Shown here piece after piece: positions 34,018 to 35,027 of a stretch of DNA of 35,027 nt; position 1 is the first letter of the stretch; each line of letters opens with the position of its first letter. The notes below the pieces were generated by a model. The model did not search any database, had not been told where the DNA came from, and saw only the letters and a program-made list of their open reading frames with translations. The position numbers were made by a program, and so were the translations under genes. Source of the stretch: Sminthopsis crassicaudata (lineage: Eukaryota); NCBI RefSeq assembly GCF_048593235.1, contig NC_133621.1, positions 66,827,148 to 66,862,174 of the forward strand, given 5' to 3'.

Positions 34018-34330
34018 ATAAATCAATCAACAGCATTTATGAAGGACATGTTATGCACCAGGGGCTGAGGAAACAAAGATAAGCCCTATCCTTAAATAAC
34101 TTATGTTTATATGGTACACTTAAAAGTATACAGAATATGCATATGCAATGCAGACAAGCAGTGTGGGGACAGAGTGCTCCAGAAGCTGGTGAGACTAGGA
34201 AAAGTTTCCTGAAGAAGGTGGTACTTGGGCTGAATCATGAGGGGAATAAGGGAGTCCAAAAAGGTAGAAGTGAGGAAGGGTGATTTCCAGGGAGAGTCAA
34301 TGCAAAGACAGGGATGGAAATGGAGGAGTA
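34018..34330 (-). mobile_element. L2 fragments
   Basis: aatcaatcaacagcatttatgaagg...atgcaccaggggctgagg and ggaaaagtttcctgaagaaggtggtacttgggctgaatc. Confidence 0.55.
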
Positions 34331-34339
34331 TGTAAAATG

Positions 34340-35027
34340 AACCACAGAATGCTTGGAAGGTAGTAAAGTACATTGGGATGGTATCCCCCTGTGCCATAAG
34401 GAATGATGAGCTCAGTGATCTCAGAAAAACATGGGAGAACTTGTATGAAACAATGAAGAGTGATATGAGCAGAACCAAGAGAACATTGTAAACAAAACAG
34501 TAACAGTAATATTGTTTCAAGAACAACGTTGAGGAAATGTTATTTTGTTTGTTATAACTATCCAAATTAACTATAAAGGGCATATGAAAAAGATGATGCA
34601 TGCTTCCAGAGAAAGAAATGATAAATAGAATAAATAAATGTGTGTGTGTGTGTCTGTGTGTCTGTGTGTCTGTGTGTCTAATGATAGCTATTTCCAGAGT
34701 GGAGGTAGGGAAAGAGAAGAAAGAAAAAGGGGGAGGGGAAGAAATTTATATAATGTTATACTATATTTATTTATTTCCCCCTTGAGGCTGGGGTTAGGTG
34801 ACTTGCCCAGGGTCACACAGCTAGGAAGTGTTAAGTGTCTGAGAGCAGATTTGAACTCGGGTCCTCCTGAATTCAGGGCTGGTGCTCTATCCACTGCGCC
34901 ACCTAGCTGCCCCATGTTATATATATTTAAAAGGAATAATGAGTTGTAATAGCTTTGCAGCTTCATGTGCAATCATCTTTTTTATTATATATTATGGTAA
35001 TGGTTGTTTTACTCCATAAATTAATAC
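34340..35027 (+). mobile_element. Old L1 3' region (runs to window end), interrupted by a (TG) tract (34639-34678) and a SINE
   Basis: gtgccataaggaatgatgag...cagaaaaacatgggagaacttgtatgaaacaatgaagagtgatatgagcagaaccaagagaac...gctttgcagcttcatgtgcaatc. Confidence 0.7.
34770..34913 (-). mobile_element. Young WSINE1-like tRNA-derived SINE with TSD
   Basis: Reverse complement GGGGCAGCTAGGTGGCGCAGTGGATAGAGCACC...GAGTTCAAATC... has intact A and B boxes and retained CpGs. TSD atgttata(c)tatattta at 34753-34769 and 34914-34929. Confidence 0.95.

Noticed and set aside
1-35027. CRISPR arrays, operons, tRNA/rRNA genes, endogenous viral or LTR elements
   Set aside because: The sequence is mammalian, with no regularly spaced repeat-spacer array. 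The tRNA-like heads belong to SINEs. No LTR pair or gag/pol/env-like peptide was seen.
3684-35027. Using L1 orientation bias to infer the host-gene strand
   Set aside because: L1 fragments are about evenly split between strands, so this is uninformative.

Overview
This is eukaryotic DNA. It is AT-rich, CpG-depleted marsupial sequence, most likely a dasyurid, inferred from a WSINE1-like SINE, Mar1-like SINEs, RTE LINE remnants and marsupial L1 3' ends. A large part of the window is transposon debris: L1, L2, L3/CR1, RTE, MIR/CORE-SINEs and two hAT-type MITEs, plus microsatellites and one 157-N assembly gap. I could not recognise any intact protein-coding gene, RNA gene or prokaryotic system. 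The longer ORFs in the track are simple-repeat artefacts or dead retrotransposon ORF2 pieces. The non-repetitive sequence looks like the 5' end and long first intron of an unidentified gene, probably on the + strand. Support for this is a CpG-rich region at ~145-540 with a TATA box and strong splice signals, then candidate exons or splice sites only at 32.3-33.8 kb. The best leads are: (i) two acceptor-donor juxtapositions (YnAG|GT) about 960 bp apart, candidate recursive-splicing sites; (ii) a strongly defined non-coding exon on the opposite strand at 10098-10189; (iii) an inverted MIR pair forming a hairpin; (iv) a perfect NF-kB site next to an AP-1 site; (v) a young L1 nested in an older L1 with a perfect TSD; (vi) an RTE element lacking its RT core. 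I cannot claim a novel biological system from the sequence alone. Repeat family names come from recall of consensus sequences, not a database search, and boundaries are approximate.
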